From: Candidatus Aminicenantes bacterium
GTDB lineage: Bacteria; Acidobacteriota; Aminicenantia; Aminicenantales; JAFGBC01
Direction: 5' to 3'
Length of the DNA: 64,000 bases
NCBI GenBank assembly: GCA_963702005.1
Contig: OY969696.1
Location: 2,240,001 to 2,304,000, forward strand
Made by a program: the position numbers and the translations under genes. How positions within the stretch are numbered: position 1 is the first letter of the stretch; every line of letters begins with the position of its first letter. The notes beneath the pieces are model-generated. The model was not told where the DNA came from. It searched no databases and saw only the letters and a list, made by a program, of their open reading frames with translations. Shown here piece after piece: positions 19,774-28,916 of this stretch.

Positions 19774-21450
19774 CTACGGTCTCCGGGCCGATCCCTTTTC
19801 GCTCGTCAGGATGATGTCCTCATAGGACGAGATGTAGAAGATGGGGTTCTCGGCCGTGAACTCCTTGGTGAAGATTCCGCTCTGGACGATCCCGTCCATG
19901 TCCCGCCCGACCGGCAGGCCGAGGTAGTACAGAATGGTCGGCGCCAGGTCGACCAGCCGGACCCGCGCGACCGTATTCCTCTGGATGATCCCCCGCCCGT
20001 AAAAAAAGACGACGCCGTCGGGCGCGTCCTCGTGATCGGCCGACACGTCCGGGTTGCCCAGGATCCACTCCACGAACCGCTTCCAGAGGGGAAGGGGCTC
20101 GATGCCGTGGGAGGAGTAGACGACGAGAAGATCCTCGTCTTTGAGCCCGGCCAGGTACTTGCCGATGACCTGGTCGTAATAATGATAATAGCGGGGGATG
20201 ACCGAGCCGTAGCGGGTGATCTCCTCCTGGGCGATGCTCCCGTAGCGTTCGGGGACGCTGAACTTGAAGAAATAGGTCTCGACGATATTGAGGCCGTTGA
20301 GCCGCAGGGAGAACACCTGGGGCTGGCCGCGCGTTTTCTCGTCGAAGGCTTTTTCTTCGGCGGTCGCATCCTGGTCGAAGGATTGCCTGACGATCTTGAA
20401 CAGCTGGCTCTTGTCCGTTTCGAAATCCTTGAAAAAGAGGGCGAGCGATTTCTCGGTCCGGAACTCGGGGGGAACCGGCTCGGCGATCCGTGTCATCTGG
20501 ACGGGAGATTCCTTCTTGAAGGCGGTCACCCGGTTGTCGGAGAAGATCTGCCAGACGTCCTTGACGACCGGCCGGGGGTCGGCGGCGAGCACGGTCAGGA
20601 GTCCGACTCGGGTCAGCTGCTTGAAGAGCATGAAGCGGGGGACGACCTCGAGTTCGACCGGGCAGAACAGAAGGCGGTAGCGGGAGGGCGAGATCCGGCG
20701 GTGGCGGGAGGGGAGCTTGCCCGTGTCGAGCGACGTCCCCAGCACGATCGGCTCGTTCGGGGAGAAGTTCTCGAGCCGTCCCCAGCTGCCCTTGTCCAGG
20801 AGCCAGCTGAAGTTGGGCAGGGTCCCCTCAGGGATACGGGGGATGATGAAATCGAGGCTCAGGCCGTCGAGGCCGATCAGAATGACTTTCTTCTGAGCCT
20901 TCTTGATATCGAGGGTCATGGCCTGATGGCGGGGTGAAGGCTGCGGAAAGCGGGCTCTCTGGCCGATCGCATAAACGACCCCCCCGGCGAGGAGGACGGC
21001 ATAGACCAGGAAGAAGACGGCTTTCTTTCTATAATAATGATAGCCGTAGGTCAGGATGAGGCCGGCCGCTCCCAGCAGAAAAAAGACGAGCATCTGGCGG
21101 CGCAGGAGCGTTCGGGTCGTCAGGTCGAAGAAGGACAGGAAATATTTATAGTTCTCCCAGAATAAGACCAGAAAGAGGAGGATGAGGAGGGACGACCCCA
21201 AGGTCAGGAATGTCGGCGAGAAGAGGAGGCGGGCCCGTCGGCTGGCGAAGAATTGGAAGAAGAAGAAACAAAGGATGATGAGGACGGTCGCGGCCAGGCC
21301 GTAGCTGAGGCTCAGGAAGAGGACGATTCGGGCCAGAAGGTCCGGCCGGAACGGGATGTTGATGTTGAGGTTAAGGACGAGGAGAGCCAGCAGAAAGCAG
21401 AAGAACAGGCCGCAGACGAGGGAGTGGAGGAGGACGCGGATGAACCTCAT
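19774..21450 (-). CDS. Membrane protein with alkaline-phosphatase-superfamily (phosphodiesterase/sulfatase-like) domain
   Basis: Five N-terminal TM helices, LIGLDGL, SSHG, VDLAPTILYYLGLPVGRDMDG; several usual metal ligands appear degenerate. Confidence 0.7.
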   Translation of the reverse strand: MRFIRVLLHSLVCGLFFCFLLALLVLNLNINIPFRPDLLARIVLFLSLSYGLAATVLIILCFFFFQFFASRRARLLFSPTFLTLGSSLLILLFLVLFWENYKYFLSFFDLTTRTLLRRQMLVFFLLGAAGLILTYGYHYYRKKAVFFLVYAVLLAGGVVYAIGQRARFPQPSPRHQAMTLDIKKAQKKVILIGLDGLSLDFIIPRIPEGTLPNFSWLLDKGSWGRLENFSPNEPIVLGTSLDTGKLPSRHRRISPSRYRLLFCPVELEVVPRFMLFKQLTRVGLLTVLAADPRPVVKDVWQIFSDNRVTAFKKESPVQMTRIAEPVPPEFRTEKSLALFFKDFETDKSQLFKIVRQSFDQDATAEEKAFDEKTRGQPQVFSLRLNGLNIVETYFFKFSVPERYGSIAQEEITRYGSVIPRYYHYYDQVIGKYLAGLKDEDLLVVYSSHGIEPLPLWKRFVEWILGNPDVSADHEDAPDGVVFFYGRGIIQRNTVARVRLVDLAPTILYYLGLPVGRDMDGIVQSGIFTKEFTAENPIFYISSYEDIILTSEKGSARRP

Positions 21451-21586
21451 GGCTTCGGAATCACATTAGCATGAATGGGGGGCTCAATCAACGCGGCGGC
21501 TGACAACCCGAAACGGGTTCGGCGATTATATCTATAGGCCGAACCCCCGTTTTGGGTTAGAATGAATTGCGGGAAGGACCAGGACT

Positions 21587-22387
21587 ATGAACCGGCCGCT
21601 GATCGCGCTCATGACCGATTTCGGGACGAAGGACTTCTTCGTCGCTTCCCTCAAGGCCGTCATCCTGTCCATCAATCCCGACGTCCCGATCGTAGACATC
21701 AGCCACGATTTGCCGCCCTTCGACATCAAGGCCGGAGGATTCGTCTTGTACGCCTGCGCTCGGCTTTTTCCGCCCGGGACGATTTTCGTCGCCATCGTCG
21801 ACCCGGGCGTGGGCTCGGGCCGTCCCGTGCTGCTCGTCAAGACCGATCGAGCTCATTTCATCGCTCCCGACAACGGACTCCTGAGCTTGGCCCTGGCCGA
21901 GGAAAAAGCCCTCGAGGTCCGCGAGATCACGAACCCCAAATTCGGATTGGCCGCCGTCAGCCGGACCTTCGAGGGTCGAGACAGGATGGCCCCGGCCGCC
22001 GCATGGCTCTCGCTCGGCGTCCCCGCCGCCGAATTCGGTCCGCGCCGGGATGATTATCGGAGGCTCACCTGGAAGCCTCCCGTCGTGGGCAAAGGCGAAA
22101 TCCGCGGCCGCGTTCTCTACGTCGACAAGTTCGGAAACCTCATCACGGATATCCCGGCCGGGGCGGTTGCCCGTCTGGAAGGGGCGAAGGGGTCGGGCAA
22201 GCTCAGGCTCCATGCCGCCGGACATTCCCTGCGGCGACTCGACGCCTACGCCTCGGCCGCCAAAGGGGACGCTTTCTTCCTCGAAGGCAGCCTGGGTCTT
22301 ATCGAAATCTCGGCCCGCGAAACCTCCGCCGCGAACAAGCTCAGACTCAAGGCCGGCGCCGCCGTCAGGATCACGGCCGGAACCTGA
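21587..22387 (+). CDS. SAM hydroxide adenosyltransferase / SAM-dependent chlorinase-fluorinase family (DUF62)
   Basis: MTDFG, VDPGVGSGR, APDNGLL, SRTFEGRD, VDKFGNLIT. Confidence 0.9.
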   Translation: MNRPLIALMTDFGTKDFFVASLKAVILSINPDVPIVDISHDLPPFDIKAGGFVLYACARLFPPGTIFVAIVDPGVGSGRPVLLVKTDRAHFIAPDNGLLSLALAEEKALEVREITNPKFGLAAVSRTFEGRDRMAPAAAWLSLGVPAAEFGPRRDDYRRLTWKPPVVGKGEIRGRVLYVDKFGNLITDIPAGAVARLEGAKGSGKLRLHAAGHSLRRLDAYASAAKGDAFFLEGSLGLIEISARETSAANKLRLKAGAAVRITAGT

Positions 22388-22392
22388 AGCCG

Positions 22393-24579
22393 ATGGCATC
22401 CGAAGAGCAGCTCGAAGGAACGGTCGAGGAGATCGTCTATTACAACCCCGATGACGGCTATACCGTCTGCCGGTTTGTGCCGGAGAGCGGAGAGTCCCTG
22501 ACCCTGGTCGGCCTGTTTCCGCCCCTTTCTCCCGGTGAAACTCTCAAGGTCAAGGGCGGCTGGGAGCTCAATCCCAAGTTCGGCCGGCAGTTTCGCGTTT
22601 CGTCCTTCAGCACGATTCTGCCCTCCTCCGTCAAGGGGATCGAGCGCTTCCTCGGATCCGGCCTCATCAAAGGGATCGGCCCCGTCCTGGCCCGCCGCAT
22701 CATCAAAGCCTTCGGACCGGGCACGATCGAAATCCTGTCCAAGGAACCGGGCCGGATGGCCGAGGTCCCGGGCGTGGGGCCGGCCAAGCTCAGGGAGATC
22801 AAGAAGTCCTGGGCCGAACACAAAGATATCCGCGACCTCATCATCTTCCTCCAGGAGCATGAAGTCTCGACGAGCCTCGCCACCAAGATCTACCGCCAGT
22901 ACGGCGAGCGTTCCTTCCAGGTCCTCCGCTCCAATCCCTACCAGCTCTGTCTTGATATCTGGGGGGTCGGGTTCAAGACGGCCGACCAAATCGCCCTCAA
23001 GCTCGGGACCGACCCGGCCTCGCCGGAGCGGGTCAAGGCCTTCATCCTCTACCTCCTCGAAAAGGACAACGAACAGGGCCATGTCTTCTCGATCAGGGAG
23101 GAGGTCGTCGCGTCCTGCGTCAAGGATCTGGGAGTCGGCGAGGATCTCGTCCGCCGCGCCCTGGACGGGCTGGAGGCCGAGCGACGGGTTGTGACCGAGC
23201 CGCTGGCCGCAGGGTCGGCCCTCTATCTTCCTTTCTTTTATCAAGCCCAGGAGGAGGTCGTCCGCATCCTCCATGATCTCGGCGGCCGGCCCTGCCCGGC
23301 TCCGGACTTCGACTTGGCGGCGGCCCTGGCCGAGGCCGAGCGGGACCTCGGCCTCACCTTCTCGCCGATGCAGAAGACGGCCGTCACGAGCGCCCTGGGA
23401 AAGAAGATCCTGGTCATCACGGGCGGACCGGGAACGGGCAAGACGACCATCATCAAAGCCGTCGTCGATATTTTCGGCCGCTGGGGGAAGACCGTCCTCC
23501 TGGCGGCGCCGACCGGCCGGGCCGCCAAGCGCCTGTCCGAGACGACCGGGGGAGAAGCTAAGACCATCCACCGCACCCTCGAGGTCCGGCCCAAGCAGGG
23601 CGACTTCCGCCGCAACGAGCGGAACCCTCTCAAGGGCGACGCCCTGATCGTGGACGAGTTCTCGATGGTCGACCTTTCCCTCCTTTACCACCTCCTGAAG
23701 GCCGTCCCGCCCTGGATGAGACTCGTCTTCGTCGGGGACCAGGACCAGCTCCCCTCGGTCGGCCCGGGCTGCCTCCTCAGAGACATCATAGACTCGGGCC
23801 GGGTCGAGGTCGTCCGCCTCGACGAGATCTTCCGCCAGGAGCGGGACAGCCTGATCGTCGTCAACGCCCACCGCATCAACCAGGGCCAGGGCCTGATCTA
23901 TCCGCCGCGCGGGGCCGAGGACGCCGACTTCTACTTCATCAGGCGCGATGACGAGGCCAAGGCCTTTTCGACCATCCTCCAAGTCTGCGGCTGGCGCATC
24001 CCGAGCCGCTTCGGCCTGAGCCCGCTCTCCACCCAGATCCAGGTCATCAGTCCGATGTACAAGGGCCTGGTCGGCGTCGACAACCTCAACCGGGAACTCC
24101 AGGCGCGGCTCAACCGCCGCGAGGACGGCCTCAAGGTCGGGACCCGGGAGTTCCGGCTCCGGGACAAGGTCATGCAGGTCCGGAACGACTACGAGAAAGA
24201 GGTCTTCAACGGCGACATCGGCGTCGTCGCCCATATCGACCGCTCCCGCTATCGGCTCATCGTCGAGTACGACGGCCGGGCCGTGCCCTACGAGAAGGAC
24301 GAGCTCAACGACCTCGTCCTGGCCTACGCCGTCTCGGTCCACAAGGCCCAGGGGAGCGAATACCAGGCCGTCGTCATGCCCCTCATGACCCAACACTTCA
24401 TCATGCTCCAGAGGAACCTGTTCTACACGGCCCTGACCCGGGCCAAGAAGCTCAGCATCATCGTCGGTTCCTTCAAGGCTCTCTACATCGCCATCAAGAA
24501 CGACAAGCCCGTCAAGCGGAACTGTCTGGTCAAGGACAAGCTCATCCGACTCGGGGGGGACGGCCTCTCCGGCGTTTGA
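22393..24579 (+). CDS. recD2: ATP-dependent RecD-like DNA helicase RecD2
   Basis: HhH N-terminal region, GGPGTGKT, APTGRAAKRL, DEFSM, GDQDQL, HKAQGSEY, YTALTRAK. Confidence 0.95.
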   Translation: MASEEQLEGTVEEIVYYNPDDGYTVCRFVPESGESLTLVGLFPPLSPGETLKVKGGWELNPKFGRQFRVSSFSTILPSSVKGIERFLGSGLIKGIGPVLARRIIKAFGPGTIEILSKEPGRMAEVPGVGPAKLREIKKSWAEHKDIRDLIIFLQEHEVSTSLATKIYRQYGERSFQVLRSNPYQLCLDIWGVGFKTADQIALKLGTDPASPERVKAFILYLLEKDNEQGHVFSIREEVVASCVKDLGVGEDLVRRALDGLEAERRVVTEPLAAGSALYLPFFYQAQEEVVRILHDLGGRPCPAPDFDLAAALAEAERDLGLTFSPMQKTAVTSALGKKILVITGGPGTGKTTIIKAVVDIFGRWGKTVLLAAPTGRAAKRLSETTGGEAKTIHRTLEVRPKQGDFRRNERNPLKGDALIVDEFSMVDLSLLYHLLKAVPPWMRLVFVGDQDQLPSVGPGCLLRDIIDSGRVEVVRLDEIFRQERDSLIVVNAHRINQGQGLIYPPRGAEDADFYFIRRDDEAKAFSTILQVCGWRIPSRFGLSPLSTQIQVISPMYKGLVGVDNLNRELQARLNRREDGLKVGTREFRLRDKVMQVRNDYEKEVFNGDIGVVAHIDRSRYRLIVEYDGRAVPYEKDELNDLVLAYAVSVHKAQGSEYQAVVMPLMTQHFIMLQRNLFYTALTRAKKLSIIVGSFKALYIAIKNDKPVKRNCLVKDKLIRLGGDGLSGV

Positions 24580-24605
24580 CATTATTTCCGCCTTTTACCT
24601 AAGAT
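24576..24605 (+). promoter_or_regulatory. Sigma70-type promoter of the SH3-M48-cyclase-MBL-MscS operon
   Basis: TTGACA (overlapping the recD2 stop)-18 nt-TAAGAT. Confidence 0.55.
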
Positions 24606-24620
24606 GGAGGAAAGACGATC

Positions 24621-25118
24621 ATGGAGGTTCCGATGAGAAAGCCGCTCCGGCCGGCCGCGGTCGCCGTCATCTGTGCCCTCTGCGCCGTCCTGCTCCTTGC
24701 CGAGACCGTCGTGGTCAAGATCCAGTCGACGGTGCTCAGGAAGGAGCCCAAGTTCTATGCCCAGACCCTGGTCAACCTGAAGGCCGGGGAGAAGCTCGAG
24801 AAGCTCGCCTCCCAGGAAGGCTGGCTCCAGGTCCGGACCGCCAGCGGGGCGGTCGGCTGGGTCCATGGAAGCGCCGTCGAATCGAAATCGTTCGGCCTGC
24901 TGGCCATGGACAAGTCGATGAAGACCCAAGCCTCTGCGAGCGAGGTCGCCCTGGCCGGGAAAGGATTCAACAAGCAGGTCGAGGAGAGCTACCGGGCCAA
25001 GCACGGAAACGTCTCCTTCGTCTGGGTCGACAAAATGGTCCAGATTAAGGTCCCCGCCGCGGAGCTCGAGAAATTCCTCAAGAGCGGGAAGCTCGGAGAG
25101 TTCGGAGGCGGCAAGTGA
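24621..25118 (+). CDS. Secreted bacterial SH3-domain protein
   Basis: Signal-peptide-like N-terminus; SH3b pattern (LRKEP...GEKL...GWLQVRTASGAVGWV); alternative start 24633. Confidence 0.8.
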   Translation: MEVPMRKPLRPAAVAVICALCAVLLLAETVVVKIQSTVLRKEPKFYAQTLVNLKAGEKLEKLASQEGWLQVRTASGAVGWVHGSAVESKSFGLLAMDKSMKTQASASEVALAGKGFNKQVEESYRAKHGNVSFVWVDKMVQIKVPAAELEKFLKSGKLGEFGGGK

Positions 25119-26008
25119 AAGCGCCCCGGCTCTTAATCCCCGGCTTAGCCGTCGGCCTCGCCCTCCTGGCCGCCTCTGCTTGCGAGACGCTCCAGAAGGG
25201 CGCCGACGTCTTCGACGCCCAGTCCTCCAAGGCCCGGTCGGTGGCCAAAACCGCCAAGCAGATCCGCTCGACCTTCGCCGACATCAGCGAAGAGGAGGAG
25301 TACTACATCGGGCGGTCCGTGGCCGCCTTGATCCTCTCCCGCTACGACGTTTACAACAACGAAGGGCTGACCCGCTACCTCAATGCGGTCGGAAGCGCCG
25401 TGGCCGCGTATTCGGACCGGCCCGAGACCTATGCCGGCTATCACTTCCTGGCCCTGGACACGGACGAGGTCAACGCCCTGGCCGCCCCGAGCGGATTCAT
25501 CTTCCTGACCCGCGGCCTCCTCAAGCGCTGTAAGGACGAGGACACCCTGGCCGACATCATCGCCCACGAGATCGGCCACGTCTGCGCCAAGCACGGCCTC
25601 CAGTCCATCCAGAAATCGCGCCTGATCGACGCTTTCAAGCTTCTCGGCGAGCAGGCCGCCCAGAAGTACGGCCCCCAGGAGCTGGCCCAGCTGACGGGCA
25701 TCTTCGAAAACGTCCTGGGCGACATCAGCGAGAAGCTCATCGAGCGCGGCTACGACCGCAAGTACGAGTATGAGGCCGATGAGCTGGCCGCCAAGTTCGC
25801 GGCCCGGATGCGCTACGACGGCAAAGGCCTGGTCGATTTCCTCGAGACCATGGTCCAGAGCACCGCGGGCGGGGCGGACAAAGGCTGGTTCAAGACCCAT
25901 CCCAGCCCTCAGGACCGGATCGACCGCCTCCAGGGCGTGTTCAAGACCTTCAAGCGTGAAGCGGCCCGGACCGAGCGATTCAAGGCGAGCTTTAAAGGGT
26001 TGAAGTGA
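25115..26008 (+). CDS. M48-family zinc metallopeptidase lipoprotein
   Basis: Lipobox LAASAC, VNALAAPSG, HEIGH, EYEAD, THPSPQDRI. Confidence 0.9.
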   Translation: MKAPRLLIPGLAVGLALLAASACETLQKGADVFDAQSSKARSVAKTAKQIRSTFADISEEEEYYIGRSVAALILSRYDVYNNEGLTRYLNAVGSAVAAYSDRPETYAGYHFLALDTDEVNALAAPSGFIFLTRGLLKRCKDEDTLADIIAHEIGHVCAKHGLQSIQKSRLIDAFKLLGEQAAQKYGPQELAQLTGIFENVLGDISEKLIERGYDRKYEYEADELAAKFAARMRYDGKGLVDFLETMVQSTAGGADKGWFKTHPSPQDRIDRLQGVFKTFKREAARTERFKASFKGLK

Positions 26009-28089
26009 GGATCGGAAGGGGCGTCCTGGTCGGGCTGGCGGCCGGCCTGGCCGCGCTGCTTATCCTCGGCCTCCAGGTCTTCAGGCCCCTCGAATGGAAA
26101 TCCTGGGATGCACGGCTGCGGCTCCTGGCCGCCCCGGCCGCCGCGGACAAAGACATCGCCATTATCCTCATCGACCAAGCGAGCCTCGACGTCTATGAGA
26201 AGGAACAATCCCTTTCCTGGCCCTGGCCGCGCCAGATGTATTCGGCCCTTTTGCGTTTCCTCAAAACAGGCGGCGCCCGGGCCGTCGCCTTCGACCTGGT
26301 CCTGAGCGAGGCGTCCTATATGGGCGTCGAGGATGATGCGGACCTGGCCCGGGCCATGAAGGAATCGGGGAACGTCTTGCTGGCTTTCTTCCTGAGCGGC
26401 GAGGCGAGCGACTCCGACCAGTCCTCCTCGGACCTCCTGAAACGATTCGCCCTCCAGGGCGAGTCGGCGCCGGCCCGAGCCGTCCTGCCGCTCGCTTCGG
26501 CCGCGCTCCCGGTCGACGCCCTTTTAGCAGCCGCGGCCGGAGCGGGCAACGTCCGTTTCAATCCTGATGCGGACCAAATCTACCGCCGCATGCCGCTCGC
26601 ATTCTCGGTCCAGGGGCGGGTCTATCCTTCGCTTCCCCTCGCCATTTCACGGTATCTGACGAGAGGACCTGCCCTGGATGCCGTTCCGATCGATCCTTCG
26701 GGCCAGTTTGTCATCCGCTATCATGGCCCGGCCGGAACCTATAAGACCTACTCGATCGGGTCCCTCATCAACTCCCAAGCGCAGATCGAGGCCGGCCGGG
26801 AGCCCCAGGTCAAGCCTTCGGAATTCGCGGGCAAGGTCGTCCTGCTCGGGACGGGAGCGCCCGGCTTGTTCGACCTCCACCCCGCGCCGTTTTCCACGGT
26901 CTATCCCGGTGTCGAGATCAACGCGACGGTCGTCGACAGCCTCATCCATCGGAATTTCGTAAGGCTGCCCGCCCGTGGTGCGGTCGCGGCGCTCATCCTC
27001 GGATTGGCGCTGGCGACCGCCGCCGGCATTTCGCTCCTCAGGAAGGTCTGGGCCCAGGCCATCCTCTTCGTCCTGGCGGCCGCGCTCCCGGTCGCCGCGG
27101 CGCTCCTCGCTTTCCGGAAAGGCTTCTGGCTTGAATTCGTCGCGCCCGAGCTCGCGGTCCTGCTGAGCTTCCTGGGGGCCGCCCTCCTCAACTACAGCGT
27201 CGAGGGACGCCAGCGGCGTTTCATCAAGAACGCCTTTCGATATTACCTGAGTCCCGAGGTCATCGAACGGGTTCTCGAAAACCCGTCCCTTCTCCGGCTG
27301 GGCGGGGAGAAGCGCGAGATCACGTCCTTCTTCTCGGATATTGCCGGGTTCACGGCCGTTGCCGAAGGGCTGGCGCCCGACCGGCTGGTCGCTCTCCTCA
27401 ACGAATACTTGACCGAAATGACGGACATCATCCTCGGCTCGGGAGGAACCCTCGATAAGTACGTGGGCGATGCCATCGTCGCCTTCTGGAATGCGCCCCT
27501 CGACCAACCCGATCACGCCCTGCGGGCCTGCCGGGCGGCCTTGCTCTGCCGGTCCCGGCTCGCGTCTCTCCAGCCCTCCTTCGGGGAGCACTACGGGCAC
27601 GGAATCGCGATGCGGATCGGGCTCAATTCCGGGCCGGCCGTCGTCGGGAATATGGGATCGTCCCGCCGCTTCGACTTCACGGCCATGGGCGATACCGTCA
27701 ACCTGGCCTCCCGCCTCGAGGGGGCCTGCAAGCCGTTCGGAATCTCCCTTCTTGTCGGCGAAGAGACTTATCTCCGCGTCCGGGGAACGCTGGCGGCGCG
27801 CGAAGTCGACCTCATCCGCGTCGTCGGAAAGACGCGGCCCGTCCGCGCCTACGAGATTCTCGGCGAAAGCGGCGCGGAGACGGCCGGCGAGGCGGAAAGG
27901 CTCGTGGCCTATCAAACGGCCCTCGAGGCCTACCGCGCCCGGGATTGGCAGAAAGCGGCCGCCTTGTTCTCGGTTCCGGCCAAGGCCGGGGATCCGGTCT
28001 CCGGCCTCTACCTGCGTCGCTGCCGGGAGCTTGCGGCCGCGCCGCCCCCTGTTGACTGGGATGGGGTCTTTGAGCTTAAAATCAAATAA
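26005..28089 (+). CDS. CHASE2-domain class III adenylate cyclase
   Basis: CHASE2 (WPWPR, AVAFDLVL, YPGVEINA), three TM helices, cyclase motifs FSDIAGFT, DKYVGDA, DFTAMGDTVNLASRLEG, C-terminal TPR-like tail. Confidence 0.93.
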   Translation: MRIGRGVLVGLAAGLAALLILGLQVFRPLEWKSWDARLRLLAAPAAADKDIAIILIDQASLDVYEKEQSLSWPWPRQMYSALLRFLKTGGARAVAFDLVLSEASYMGVEDDADLARAMKESGNVLLAFFLSGEASDSDQSSSDLLKRFALQGESAPARAVLPLASAALPVDALLAAAAGAGNVRFNPDADQIYRRMPLAFSVQGRVYPSLPLAISRYLTRGPALDAVPIDPSGQFVIRYHGPAGTYKTYSIGSLINSQAQIEAGREPQVKPSEFAGKVVLLGTGAPGLFDLHPAPFSTVYPGVEINATVVDSLIHRNFVRLPARGAVAALILGLALATAAGISLLRKVWAQAILFVLAAALPVAAALLAFRKGFWLEFVAPELAVLLSFLGAALLNYSVEGRQRRFIKNAFRYYLSPEVIERVLENPSLLRLGGEKREITSFFSDIAGFTAVAEGLAPDRLVALLNEYLTEMTDIILGSGGTLDKYVGDAIVAFWNAPLDQPDHALRACRAALLCRSRLASLQPSFGEHYGHGIAMRIGLNSGPAVVGNMGSSRRFDFTAMGDTVNLASRLEGACKPFGISLLVGEETYLRVRGTLAAREVDLIRVVGKTRPVRAYEILGESGAETAGEAERLVAYQTALEAYRARDWQKAAALFSVPAKAGDPVSGLYLRRCRELAAAPPPVDWDGVFELKIK

Positions 28090-28100
28090 GGATTTCTTCC

Positions 28101-28916
28101 ATGGACATTGAATTCTGGGGCGTCAGAGGAACGGTGCCGGTGTCGTCGCCGCAGACGATGAAATACGGCGGCGCGACCATCTGCGCGTCGGTCCGCTCGG
28201 CCGGCGGGGACATCATCATCATCGATGCCGGGACGGGGTTCAAGCCTCTCGGCGACAGCCTGGTCCGAGAACGGAAGGGACCGCTCAAGCTCCATCTCCT
28301 GCTGACGCATTTCCATCTCGACCACATCATGGGATTCCCGTTCTTCGCCCCCCTCTGGGACAAGGACGTCGAACTCATCATCCACGCTCCCGCGCCGACG
28401 GCGGACACGGAAGGAGCTCTGGCCGGGCTCATGGGAGGACGCTATTTCCCCCTCAGCCTCGCCAGCACGACCGCCGCCAAGTCCTTCCGGACCGTACCGG
28501 CGGGCTCGTTCGCCATCGGGGACTTCCGGGTCTCGGCCTGCCAGCTCCGCCATCCCCAAGGGAGCGTCGCCTACAAGATCGAGGAGGCGGTTCGCAAGAT
28601 CGTGTTCGCGACCGACACCGAGCATCCCGAGCTGGGGATCGACCAAAGACTGCGCGATTTCTGCCGGGGGGCGGATTTGCTCATCTACGACGCGACCTTC
28701 ACGCCCGAGGAATACGCGGCGGGGAAGAAGGGTTGGGGCCACAGTACCTGGCAGGCGGGGGCTAAGCTCGCCAAAGAGGCGGGCGTCAAAAAGCTGCTGC
28801 TGTCTCATCTCAATCCCGATCACAGCGACGCCCGAGTCGATATGATCGTCGGCCTCGCCAAATGGGAATTCCCCTCCGTCGAGGCCGTCCGGTCCGGCTG
28901 GAGAAGGACCTTGTGA
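28101..28916 (+). CDS. MBL-fold metallo-hydrolase (RNase Z / cyclic-nucleotide phosphodiesterase-like)
   Basis: FWGVRGT, DAGTG, THFHLDH, HPQG, TDTEH, WGHST, LSHLNP. Confidence 0.88.
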   Translation: MDIEFWGVRGTVPVSSPQTMKYGGATICASVRSAGGDIIIIDAGTGFKPLGDSLVRERKGPLKLHLLLTHFHLDHIMGFPFFAPLWDKDVELIIHAPAPTADTEGALAGLMGGRYFPLSLASTTAAKSFRTVPAGSFAIGDFRVSACQLRHPQGSVAYKIEEAVRKIVFATDTEHPELGIDQRLRDFCRGADLLIYDATFTPEEYAAGKKGWGHSTWQAGAKLAKEAGVKKLLLSHLNPDHSDARVDMIVGLAKWEFPSVEAVRSGWRRTL

